Part shown: piece by piece, positions 7,979 through 15,941 of the stretch
Layout of the letters: the number at the start of each line of letters is the position of its first letter
Numbering within the stretch: the first letter of the stretch is position 1
IMG/VR virus record: IMGVR_UViG_3300020045_001809
Span: 1 to 36,702 of that record
Source: a virus
Taxonomy: Duplodnaviria; Caudoviricetes
Length of the DNA stretch: 36,702 nucleotides
Strand: one strand, 5' to 3'
The notes under the pieces: generated by a model
Seen by the model: the letters and a program-made list of their open reading frames with translations, nothing else
Databases searched by the model: none
Told to the model about the DNA's origin: nothing
Made by a program: the position numbers and the translations under genes

Positions 7979-9103
7979 ATGATCAGGACCGTCAACAATG
8001 GAACACAACTAATTCAGGCGGCCATTGATGCCGCCAATTTCCCAATCACCAAAATTGTGGTGGACAATGATTCCGGGGTGATCACGGTTCCGGCCGGGGT
8101 GACGGTTCCCAAAAAATTGAAGGCCACATCCAAACAATTGGAAATTGATTTGCAGGGACACACCATCATTGCCGGTGGATCCATGGAATATGTCATTGGC
8201 CGGGAACAACCCATTGACAACAATGAATCCATCAACATGATGCAATCCCAACGGTTTGTCATCAAAAACGGATTGATTGATTGTAAATTGATGGCCGGAA
8301 CCGGGGTGTTGATGCGTTCCACCTATCATGATAACATCAACGGGGTGACGGTGATCAATGGCCTGAATGGCGGCATCATTGAACAATTTGGAATGAACGC
8401 CAAAATTGAACAATGTGAAGTCCGGAACACCATGGGAATTGGGATTGGGTTGATGCGTGGAATGCACCCGGGTTCCGGGTTCAATAATTCCGGATCCAAT
8501 TCATCCCGGATATTGCAATCCCGGGTTTTTCCAAAGGATGGCCAAATGGCGTGTTTTGCGGCATCCGCCACCGGATCCGTGATCATGGACGGGGCCATTG
8601 TTGATGCCGCCCGTGATCAGTCCCCACAACGTGGATATTGGATTTTCAATGAAGGGTCCACCACGGCCAAAAACGTGACCATTGAAAATTGGTGGGGTGA
8701 AACCGTGACGGATTTGGCCATGTTTGATTTGAATCTGAATGGTGGATATTGCCGAATTTCCGGAGGGTTCCCACAATACGGTGGAACATTGGTCAAAGCC
8801 ATTGGCATCAATTACGCTGAACTATTTTTGGACATGACCGGGTTCATTCCCGGAACCACCAAATTCCAAACACAACCCGGTGGGGTGGTTTGGTCATTCC
8901 GTGACAACAACACGTCATTTGATTTTGCCAACCCGGCCAATTGGGTGGGTGGGGTGTTGCCACAGAAGTGGTTCATTGAACGGTTTGGATCTTCAAAGGA
9001 TCGGGAATTCCGTGTTCCCGGTGGGTTCAAATTGAACGGATCCAACATCATCAACCAAACCACATTGGACACCATTTTGGCCGGTTATGTGAAAAAGCCA
9101 TAG
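7979..9103 (+). CDS. Right-handed beta-helix (pectin-lyase-like) protein, possible depolymerase/tailspike
   Basis: IDLQGHTI, VIKNGLID, INGVTVIN, KIEQCEVRN, NVTIEN rung-like repeats; G/N/I/V-rich. Confidence 0.6.
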   Translation: MIRTVNNGTQLIQAAIDAANFPITKIVVDNDSGVITVPAGVTVPKKLKATSKQLEIDLQGHTIIAGGSMEYVIGREQPIDNNESINMMQSQRFVIKNGLIDCKLMAGTGVLMRSTYHDNINGVTVINGLNGGIIEQFGMNAKIEQCEVRNTMGIGIGLMRGMHPGSGFNNSGSNSSRILQSRVFPKDGQMACFAASATGSVIMDGAIVDAARDQSPQRGYWIFNEGSTTAKNVTIENWWGETVTDLAMFDLNLNGGYCRISGGFPQYGGTLVKAIGINYAELFLDMTGFIPGTTKFQTQPGGVVWSFRDNNTSFDFANPANWVGGVLPQKWFIERFGSSKDREFRVPGGFKLNGSNIINQTTLDTILAGYVKKP

Positions 9104-9119
9104 GAATTTGATGTGTTGA

Positions 9120-9240
9120 ATGTGAAATTTTGGGATTGATTTTCAGTAAGTTCCAAATAATTGTGAAAATATGTTTCGGAATCATTAGGAATCCGGGCGG
9201 GTTGATGTATATTTGTCAAACCAAACACAACAACATCATG
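9120..9240 (+). promoter_or_regulatory. Promoter repeat A, copy 2 (-7 box TATATTTG at 9208-9215)
   Basis: Diverged direct repeat of 5675-5794. Confidence 0.8.
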
Positions 9241-9516
9241 GAAAACATCAACATCAAAACCATTGAAGATCTGAAAAAGATCATGGACGCATCCGGCAAA
9301 AAATATGAAATTGTTGAAGATCGTTTCACCCCAATGTTGGGAATCTACACCGGAAAACATTGTTGGAATTGGTTCAACCTGTTGATTATTGAAGGCGAAC
9401 CAATTTATTTCCTTTTTGTTCAACAATATTCACAAAACACCGGAAAAACCAAAAAATCCGGAAATGGTTCCGCCAAATATTCCGCCATCCGTCAATTGGA
9501 AAAAATAATCAAATAA
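9238..9516 (+). CDS. Hypothetical protein
   Basis: First gene after promoter repeat copy 2; ATG at 9238. Confidence 0.7.
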   Translation: MENINIKTIEDLKKIMDASGKKYEIVEDRFTPMLGIYTGKHCWNWFNLLIIEGEPIYFLFVQQYSQNTGKTKKSGNGSAKYSAIRQLEKIIK

Positions 9517-9520
9517 GAAC

Positions 9521-9558
9521 AACCGGGGCCGGGCAACCGGCCCCACAATACAACAACA
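9521..9558 (+). repeat. GNRA hairpin plus leader repeat, copy 2
   Basis: GGGGCCGG-GCAA-CCGGCCCC then ACAATACAACAACA. Confidence 0.9.
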
Positions 9559-9595
9559 ACATGAATGCTTCCGAAGTAATCAACACAACAACATC

Positions 9596-9862
9596 ATGAG
9601 AAAAATGTCATCATCCTTCCACGTCACCGTGACGCCAATGAAACAAAACGTCCGTGACATTTATGAACCCGAAATTTTCATGGACTATCAAAAATCCGTG
9701 AAGTACTTCAAATTGCTTTGTCATGATCTGAATTTGCCAACACCAAAAAACATTGACAACCCACCCGTTGATTTGGGTGGACGGTGGGCCGAAATCACGG
9801 CCGGTGGTGAGGGGTTTGATTATCAAATCAAAATGAAAACCCAAATCATCATTTCAAAATAA
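9596..9862 (+). CDS. Hypothetical protein
   Basis: 88-aa ORF with A/C-rich leader. Confidence 0.7.
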   Translation: MRKMSSSFHVTVTPMKQNVRDIYEPEIFMDYQKSVKYFKLLCHDLNLPTPKNIDNPPVDLGGRWAEITAGGEGFDYQIKMKTQIIISK

Positions 9863-9892
9863 AATTTCAATTATATTTGTCAACCAACAACA
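9857..9892 (+). promoter_or_regulatory. Promoter repeat B, copy 1 (TATATTTG 9872-9879)
   Basis: AAATAAAATTTCA-NN-TATATTTG-Y-CAA shared with 14232-14267. Confidence 0.7.
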
Positions 9893-9897
9893 ACAAA

Positions 9898-10161
9898 ATG
9901 AAAACATACAACGGGAATTGGGCCTACCGTGGCTATTCTTATGATTTTTCAATGAACGCTAAATCATTCCGTGATGTGGCGGAAAAATTGGGGTGTTCAT
10001 TATATGTGGCCAAAAACTATTTTTCCATAGGGATGAAAAAACACATTGATGGAATCATTGTCACACCATATGGTTTCAATTCACGGATGGCCATTGGTCA
10101 CACCAATGAAATGACATTGGAGGAATTCAAAAAAGCAATTGACAACAACACCAAAAAATAA
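9898..10161 (+). CDS. Hypothetical protein
   Basis: ATG at 9898 after CAACAACAAA leader. Confidence 0.7.
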   Translation: MKTYNGNWAYRGYSYDFSMNAKSFRDVAEKLGCSLYVAKNYFSIGMKKHIDGIIVTPYGFNSRMAIGHTNEMTLEEFKKAIDNNTKK

Positions 10162-10162
10162 A

Positions 10163-10888
10163 ATGGAAAACGAAATCAAAACCCCGGCCAACTTTTGGGA
10201 ATCACCATCCCGGGCCAATCTGAATGCCGCCATGGTGGAATTCAGCAAATTGAATGTCACCGTCAAAAAAGACCGTGACGTGGAATTCACCACCAAATCC
10301 GGTGGAAAAATGACCCGGAAATATGTCACATTCGACAACATTGTCATGGCAACCAAAAAACCATTGGCGGAATGTGGATTGTTCATTGAACAACATTTGG
10401 CCGGTGACATGGTGTTGACCCGGTTGAACCACGTTTCCGGTGAATTTGTGATGTCCGGATTCCTGTTTCAAAAAATGGATGGCAACACATTGACCAATTC
10501 ATTGCAAAATGCCGGTGGCGGATTGTCGTACATTAAACGATATGCATATTCCGCATTGTTGGGAATCCCATCAGATGATGACATGGATGGTGAAGATCAA
10601 AACAAGCCACAGGCAAAACAAAGCCGTCCGGCCAATCAGGGGCGTCCAACACCGAATCCGGTTCCCGTTTCACCACAGGATGAAATGAAGGCATTGGAAG
10701 CCGCCAAAAACGAAATTTGGACGTGTCCCAACATGGAATGTTTGAAACAAACATGGACCAAACACCGGAAATGGCAAAAGGATCCGGAATTCATCTTTGC
10801 AAAGGATGGCCGCAAACGGGAATTGGAAACCATGGAAGCCATGGGAACCATTGAAACACCACCAACACAAATCACCAATCCATCATGA
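10163..10888 (+). CDS. erf: ERF-family single-strand annealing protein
   Basis: QNAGGGLSYIKRYAYSALLGI..DDDMDG ERF signature. Confidence 0.9.
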   Translation: MENEIKTPANFWESPSRANLNAAMVEFSKLNVTVKKDRDVEFTTKSGGKMTRKYVTFDNIVMATKKPLAECGLFIEQHLAGDMVLTRLNHVSGEFVMSGFLFQKMDGNTLTNSLQNAGGGLSYIKRYAYSALLGIPSDDDMDGEDQNKPQAKQSRPANQGRPTPNPVPVSPQDEMKALEAAKNEIWTCPNMECLKQTWTKHRKWQKDPEFIFAKDGRKRELETMEAMGTIETPPTQITNPS

Positions 10889-11283
10889 CCAAAAAACAAA
10901 TTGACCAAATCAAATTCAGGATCCGTAAAAAATTCGGAACCATCCGGTGTTTTTGCCGGTTGACCGGTGTGGATGAAAAAATGATCCGTCATTTCCTGTC
11001 CGGGAAAATGAGCCCGGGATCCGCCACCATCACACACAAAGCCATCACCCGGTTGTTGGTGGTTTATTCCAAAGTGAAGATCACCAACCCGGATGTGATC
11101 CAACCACATGAACGGGAATTGGTCCGGGTCGGGATTGTCACCCGGTTCAAATCTGTGTCCGGGTTTTGTGAAAAATATCCACAATTCAACAAAGTGTTCA
11201 TTTCCAATGTGATCAATGGAAGGCGGATCCGCCATGACAAACGGGTTGATGATTTGTATATGGTCATTCAAAAATTTAAGTAA
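10885..11283 (+). CDS. Putative transcription regulator with tandem HTH domains
   Basis: Two related basic units (KFGTIRCFCRLTGV..RHFLSGK and RFKSVSGFCEKYP..SNVINGR). Confidence 0.6.
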   Translation: MTKKQIDQIKFRIRKKFGTIRCFCRLTGVDEKMIRHFLSGKMSPGSATITHKAITRLLVVYSKVKITNPDVIQPHERELVRVGIVTRFKSVSGFCEKYPQFNKVFISNVINGRRIRHDKRVDDLYMVIQKFK

Positions 11284-11289
11284 TATTGC

Positions 11290-11411
11290 AACGCCACGTT
11301 TTTGATATGCCCAAAATATCCAAATATTCAAATTCTCACATCCTTTATCCGGGTGATCATGTCGTTTCTGTTGGGCAGATACGTGGCAACCATGATCCCC
11401 GGAATAAAGGA
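11290..11411 (+). ncRNA. Candidate structured leader RNA upstream of replication initiator
   Basis: 20-bp stem 11341-11361/11391-11411 with loop segments complementary to 11293-11299 and 11308-11314. Confidence 0.5.
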
Positions 11412-11425
11412 AACACAATTTGAAA

Positions 11426-12178
11426 ATGGGAAAAGATCCGGCCGTTTTATTCTATCCCGGTGATTTCATGGTTGGAACATTTTCCATGACCATGGAAGAA
11501 AGGGGACAATACATCACATTGTTGTGTTTGCAACATCAAAAAGGACGTTTGACGCCCCGGGATTTGGCTATGGTTGGCAACCCGGGAGTGGAAGTGTTGG
11601 ACAAATTTGAACAGGATGAAAACGGGTTGTGGTTCAATAAAAGGATGGAAGATGAGGCCACCAAACGGGCCAATTTCACGGAATCCCGAAGAAATAACCT
11701 GAAAAAAAACCAAAAAAAACCAACACACATGGATGACCATATGGACACACATATGGGAAAACATATGGAAACCCATGTGGAAAATGAAAATGAAAATGAA
11801 AATAGAATTGAAATAAAGGGAAAAGGGGTGAAGGGGAAAAGGGAGCCGGAAACACCGGTGGCCGAAATCACCCATCCGTTTTCTGAAATCATCAAAGATT
11901 GTCCAAACGTCCGGAAATTGAAAAACCAATTGACGTTTGAACAATCGGAAAAACTAATCCATGAATTTGGATTTGACCAAACCCGGGAAATTTTGCTACA
12001 AATGGAAAATTATCGTGGTTTGGATAGGAAGTATCAATCAGTACATTTGACGGCATTAAATTGGCTAAAAAGGGCAAAAAATGGGACATTTGACAACAAC
12101 ACCAACAACAACAAACCCGGTTTTGGAAAAAATCAACCGGGAAAACCTGATTTCACGGATTCCATCCGCCAATTTTAA
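11426..12178 (+). CDS. Replication initiator-like protein (DUF1376/YdaU-type N-terminus)
   Basis: KDPAVLFYPGDFMVGT..EERGQYITLLCLQ; internal repeats; C-terminal TALNWLKR; start 11426 or TTG 11420. Confidence 0.8.
   Translation: MGKDPAVLFYPGDFMVGTFSMTMEERGQYITLLCLQHQKGRLTPRDLAMVGNPGVEVLDKFEQDENGLWFNKRMEDEATKRANFTESRRNNLKKNQKKPTHMDDHMDTHMGKHMETHVENENENENRIEIKGKGVKGKREPETPVAEITHPFSEIIKDCPNVRKLKNQLTFEQSEKLIHEFGFDQTREILLQMENYRGLDRKYQSVHLTALNWLKRAKNGTFDNNTNNNKPGFGKNQPGKPDFTDSIRQF
11726..11803 (+). repeat. Iteron-like repeats, probable replication origin
   Basis: CAYRTGG five times at 12-bp period (11726, 11738, 11750, 11762, 11774), then GAAAAT x4, flanked by A-rich tracts, inside the initiator gene as in lambda O. 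Confidence 0.65.
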
Positions 12179-12989
12179 CAGGGAAATAATCCGGGCCGTA
12201 TATGGGCCAAAGATCCGGGACATTGCCCCGGACAATGATGAACCCATCAAACAGGTTTTGCGGTATGTCATCACCCTGATTGGTTTGAAACCTGAAAATT
12301 TCCCAACGGACATCCAAAAAACCGTGTTGATCAATTTCATCCGGACGGATTTGGGACATTTCGGATTGGATGAAATCCGGGTGGCATTCCACATGGCCAT
12401 AAAAGGGGAAACGGGAATTGACGCCACCCATTTCCAAAACTTTTCCGCCCCATACATCACCGGGGTGTTGATGGCCTATGAAAAAACAACCCGGGCGGCC
12501 GCAATCAAAAAATTCAAACAATTGGAACAATCCGAAATGAGCAAACAAAACAATTTGTCACCCGTGGAAATCAAACAAAAATCCCATGAATTCATGGTGG
12601 ATTCCATCATTGGACCGTGGAATTATTATTTGAAAACCGGTGTGATCACCTTTGGAATCCTTCCTTTTGGGGTGGTTTACCGGTGTTTGGCGGATCAATT
12701 GGGGTTCCTTCAAATGACCCCGGAACAAAAAAAGGATGTCCATGTCCGGGCTATTGATGAGGTTTTGAAGCGGATCAACAAACCAACCATGGACCGGGAT
12801 AAACACCGGGAAATGATGAATTTGATTGACCGGATTGAAAAGGACGGGATTGGCGTGGTGATGAAGGATGACATCATTTCCGTTTGCCATGAATTTTCCG
12901 TCAAAGATTATTTCCAAAACTGCAAAACGGACGGGATTGATTTGGAATCCATGGTCCGGGATTGGATTGAAAATGACAAAATAATTTGA
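12081..12989 (+). CDS. Putative replication accessory protein (helicase-loader position)
   Basis: 302-aa helical ORF overlapping the initiator 3' end; function inferred from position only. Confidence 0.45.
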   Translation: MGHLTTTPTTTNPVLEKINRENLISRIPSANFNREIIRAVYGPKIRDIAPDNDEPIKQVLRYVITLIGLKPENFPTDIQKTVLINFIRTDLGHFGLDEIRVAFHMAIKGETGIDATHFQNFSAPYITGVLMAYEKTTRAAAIKKFKQLEQSEMSKQNNLSPVEIKQKSHEFMVDSIIGPWNYYLKTGVITFGILPFGVVYRCLADQLGFLQMTPEQKKDVHVRAIDEVLKRINKPTMDRDKHREMMNLIDRIEKDGIGVVMKDDIISVCHEFSVKDYFQNCKTDGIDLESMVRDWIENDKII

Positions 12990-12993
12990 CGCC

Positions 12994-13215
12994 ATGGAAA
13001 ACAAAATTGAATGGAAAAATTTTTTTGGTGGCCATGGTGACAAGTGGTTTGATCGTTACTACAAAGCGGAAATAAATGGACACCGGGTTGAAAAACGTGA
13101 AACAAACAGGATGACACGTTTTTCAATTGGAAACATGGATTTGGCCAAAAAAAAGTTCAAAACGGAAGCAGAATTGATCATTGAAGTTAATAACCTAAAA
13201 CCAAAAACACCATGA
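12994..13215 (+). CDS. Hypothetical protein
   Basis: ORF track, tight packing. Confidence 0.7.
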   Translation: MENKIEWKNFFGGHGDKWFDRYYKAEINGHRVEKRETNRMTRFSIGNMDLAKKKFKTEAELIIEVNNLKPKTP

Positions 13216-13454
13216 AAAAAACAACACCAACAACACCGAAAATTTCAACACCCTATGTGATTGAAAGGTTTGATCAGGAAACAACATTGTGGGGATTAAA
13301 AGCCTTTTATTTCCGGGTGAAACGTGTCCGGGGCGGCAAAATCATTTTTCTATCACACCCGTACAACACCAAACAAATCAGGTCCCGGGAAATCATCACC
13401 ATCATGAACACATTGTTCCGGGATGGATCCGTCACCATTACAGATCAACAATAA
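13212..13454 (+). CDS. Hypothetical protein
   Basis: ATGA-coupled ORF. Confidence 0.7.
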   Translation: MKKTTPTTPKISTPYVIERFDQETTLWGLKAFYFRVKRVRGGKIIFLSHPYNTKQIRSREIITIMNTLFRDGSVTITDQQ

Positions 13455-13478
13455 AACAAGCTAAAAACCAAAAATCAA

Positions 13479-13874
13479 ATGAATCAAATCATCATTGTGG
13501 GGAATTTAGGAAATGACCCGGAAATCAAACATTTTGAAGGTGACAACATGGTGGCCAATTTCAATGTGGCCGTGGCGGAACGCTACAAAAAGGGAACGGA
13601 AGTGGTGGAAACCACGGAATGGTTCCGGTGTGTGGCATGGAACAAAACGGCCAAATTCATTGAAACACACACACGAAAGGGAAACAAAGTGTTGATCACC
13701 GGCAAAATGAAGTCCCGGGAATATGAAAAAGACGGTGTAAAACGTTACATCACGGAAATCCATGTGGACCGGATTGACCAATTGACATGGCCGGAAAAAA
13801 CGGAGGAATTCGCCCGCCAATCATCACCATCACCAACGTCAATTCCACAGGGTGGGGATGACCTTCCATTTTGA
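13479..13874 (+). CDS. ssb: Single-stranded DNA-binding protein
   Basis: MNQIIIVGNLGNDPE, TEWFRCVAW, DDLPF C-terminus. Confidence 0.97.
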   Translation: MNQIIIVGNLGNDPEIKHFEGDNMVANFNVAVAERYKKGTEVVETTEWFRCVAWNKTAKFIETHTRKGNKVLITGKMKSREYEKDGVKRYITEIHVDRIDQLTWPEKTEEFARQSSPSPTSIPQGGDDLPF

Positions 13875-13883
13875 TTTCAAACC

Positions 13884-13912
13884 GGGGTGGCCAAAATCAA
13901 AACGGCCACCCC
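13884..13912 (+). promoter_or_regulatory. Intergenic 9-bp hairpin after ssb
   Basis: GGGGTGGCC-N11-GGCCACCCC, no U-tract. Confidence 0.6.
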
Positions 13913-13926
13913 TTAAAAACAAAACC

Positions 13927-14232
13927 ATGTATTTCATCCTATCATTGAAACACACATCAAAACAGGACCGGTTCATGACCCTATGGCGGCCGGACAATTC
14001 CGGATATTGTTTGGGGTTGGACACGGCCGGGAAATATGAAAAAGTGATCCCGGATTATCATGACACGGAAACCAATCAACCCATCCCAATTGATTCCGGG
14101 GCCGTCATGTTGGATTATGGCATGATGGAAGGGGGTGAAATTGGGATCCTGAACAATGAAAACAACCGGAATTTGTTGGGTTTGGAATATCACCGGGGCA
14201 ACATGAAAAAAATTGAACAAAAAAAGTATTGA
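13927..14232 (+). CDS. Hypothetical protein
   Basis: ATG at 13927; ILSLKHT..TLWRPDNSGYC..AGKY looks like a conserved phage family. Confidence 0.75.
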   Translation: MYFILSLKHTSKQDRFMTLWRPDNSGYCLGLDTAGKYEKVIPDYHDTETNQPIPIDSGAVMLDYGMMEGGEIGILNNENNRNLLGLEYHRGNMKKIEQKKY

Positions 14233-14267
14233 AATAAAATTTCATCTATATTTGCCAAACAACAACA
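14232..14267 (+). promoter_or_regulatory. Promoter repeat B, copy 2 (TATATTTG 14247-14254)
   Basis: Matches 9857-9892; overlaps the inverted repeat TGAAAT-AAA-ATTTCA (14230-14244). Confidence 0.7.
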
Positions 14268-14277
14268 CAACAACACT

Positions 14278-14553
14278 ATTTCACAATCAAAAAAAATCAA
14301 CACCACAAAACGGGAATTTCTTTGTTTTCATTTAGGGATTGCCATGGATGAAGTTGGTGAGTATAGATACCGGGCCGGGTTGACGTCCGTTCCGGTTTAT
14401 GCCTTTTCAGAATCCTATTTTTGTGCCACCCGAAAAAATGAAAAACCGGCCAAAGACCGTGACGGGTTGATGGAATGGGAATGGTCAAAGGTGGCGGAAT
14501 CTGAAAATGGATTCATTGTTTGGGAATCAATAAACAACAACACAACAACATGA
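14278..14553 (+). CDS. Hypothetical protein, possible ATT start (first ATG at 14344)
   Basis: Frame is open from ATT 14278, which follows the typical CAACAACAC leader. Confidence 0.55.
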   Translation: MSQSKKINTTKREFLCFHLGIAMDEVGEYRYRAGLTSVPVYAFSESYFCATRKNEKPAKDRDGLMEWEWSKVAESENGFIVWESINNNTTT

Positions 14554-15005
14554 ACAAATACATCATCACCACTAAAGGATTGGTTTCGCAACCCATAAAA
14601 GGGGCCAATGATTTCGTCAACGGATACACCACCATTCAATTTGAGGGGTCCCCGGATGAATTATCTGAATTCATCAAATCCATTTCCAAAGATCAGTCCA
14701 CCATCAAAGTGGTTGGAATTACCAATTTGGCGGACATCCTGATTGAAATCAAAAACAACCAAAAGGATGACCATGATGACGGCCATTTTGAAATTTCGGA
14801 TTGCTATGAACACCGGACATGGCGTGTGCTGAAAACGGATGTGTTGCAATGGATCCCGGACATGGAATCCGCCCGGATTGTTACCGTGTTACGTCACTAC
14901 ACCACGGCCCGGTTGTATGTGAATAAAAATGATTTTTATTCATGGATTGAAGATCCCAACGGACAATCAAAAACGCTAATTTCACCACCATACCAATCAA
15001 AATGA
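14550..15005 (+). CDS. Hypothetical protein
   Basis: ATGA-coupled, start 14550. Confidence 0.7.
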   Translation: MNKYIITTKGLVSQPIKGANDFVNGYTTIQFEGSPDELSEFIKSISKDQSTIKVVGITNLADILIEIKNNQKDDHDDGHFEISDCYEHRTWRVLKTDVLQWIPDMESARIVTVLRHYTTARLYVNKNDFYSWIEDPNGQSKTLISPPYQSK

Positions 15006-15211
15006 AAACAAAAACAAAAATTGGATTGATCACGGCCGTTCCGATATTCACGGCATTGGTTTTGGTGATGGTCATCATCATTGCCATCAAACGGGTGATC
15101 CTTTGGATCTTTGATTTGATTGGCACATTGGATGGCCTGATTTATTTGGCCAAAAAATCCGGGGCAAAGGTCACATCAATGAAACGTGAATTCAAAACCA
15201 AAGCGGAATGA
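15002..15211 (+). CDS. Small membrane protein
   Basis: One TM segment, ATGA-coupled. Confidence 0.65.
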   Translation: MKTKTKIGLITAVPIFTALVLVMVIIIAIKRVILWIFDLIGTLDGLIYLAKKSGAKVTSMKREFKTKAE

Positions 15212-15402
15212 ATATCATTTGGCCATCCCGGAAACAAAAGGAATTGAAGGACATTCAAACCCAAATCAATTTTGTGGATGGTCAAATCCTTCAAACAAAA
15301 AATTTGATTCATCAATTGAATTCCGTTTTGAAGAATCATGAAATCAACAAAGCAAGGTTGGAAGCGGAAGCCGACAAAGTAAGAAAGCGAAAAGAACCAT
15401 GA
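15208..15402 (+). CDS. Small coiled-coil protein
   Basis: Heptad pattern, ATGA-coupled. Confidence 0.65.
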   Translation: MNIIWPSRKQKELKDIQTQINFVDGQILQTKNLIHQLNSVLKNHEINKARLEAEADKVRKRKEP

Positions 15403-15548
15403 TTGAAAAAACCATGTTGGCCGTTTTTATGCTCCACATGGGATGTTTTGCCGTCCTGATCACCTACATGACCCATCACCGTTTCCGCCAAAAACGTAAA
15501 AGGAAAAAACAACAACAAAAACAACAACAACATGATCACAAATTTTGA
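15399..15548 (+). CDS. 49-aa single-TM micro-protein
   Basis: Hand-translated MIEKTMLAVFMLHMGCFAVLITYMTHHRFRQKRKRKK..; ATGA-coupled; not in ORF track. Confidence 0.55.
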   Translation: MIEKTMLAVFMLHMGCFAVLITYMTHHRFRQKRKRKKQQQKQQQHDHKF

Positions 15549-15939
15549 ATCCATCACCGTTGAATTGACGGAAGATGAACAAAAAATGGTGGATGTGGTG
15601 GTGTCCCGGTTCAAACAAAAACCCGGCCGCCAAAATTTAGTCACCAACCACCAAATTTTGACCGGGTTGAACAATGCGTTTGGCCTGAACCTATCGGAAC
15701 CCCGGATCCGGAAAATCATCCAATTCATCCGAATCAACAACATCCTTCCGGGATTGATTGGGGTTTCCCGTGGATATTATTACACGGAAAACATTGATGA
15801 AATTGAATCATGGATCCAATCCATGGAAGAACGGGAACGGTCCATTGCACAATCCCGGATGGTGGCACAAAACCACGTCCGGTTGTTGAAACGGAACCAA
15901 AACCCGGAACAATACATTGTCAACCCTGAATTGTTTTGA
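15532..15939 (+). CDS. Winged-helix DNA-binding protein
   Basis: LSEPRIRKIIQFIR..GVSRGYY wHTH pattern. Confidence 0.7.
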   Translation: MITNFESITVELTEDEQKMVDVVVSRFKQKPGRQNLVTNHQILTGLNNAFGLNLSEPRIRKIIQFIRINNILPGLIGVSRGYYYTENIDEIESWIQSMEERERSIAQSRMVAQNHVRLLKRNQNPEQYIVNPELF

Positions 15940-15941
15940 TC

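Noticed and set aside
11333-11340. TTCTCACA complementary to TGTGAGAA at 5866-5873 as a trans antisense target
   Set aside because: A single 8-mer match is expected by chance in 36 kb.
11726-11803. CRISPR array or DGR repeats
   Set aside because: Units are 12 bp and 6 bp in-frame coding repeats with no spacers; no cas or reverse transcriptase gene is present.
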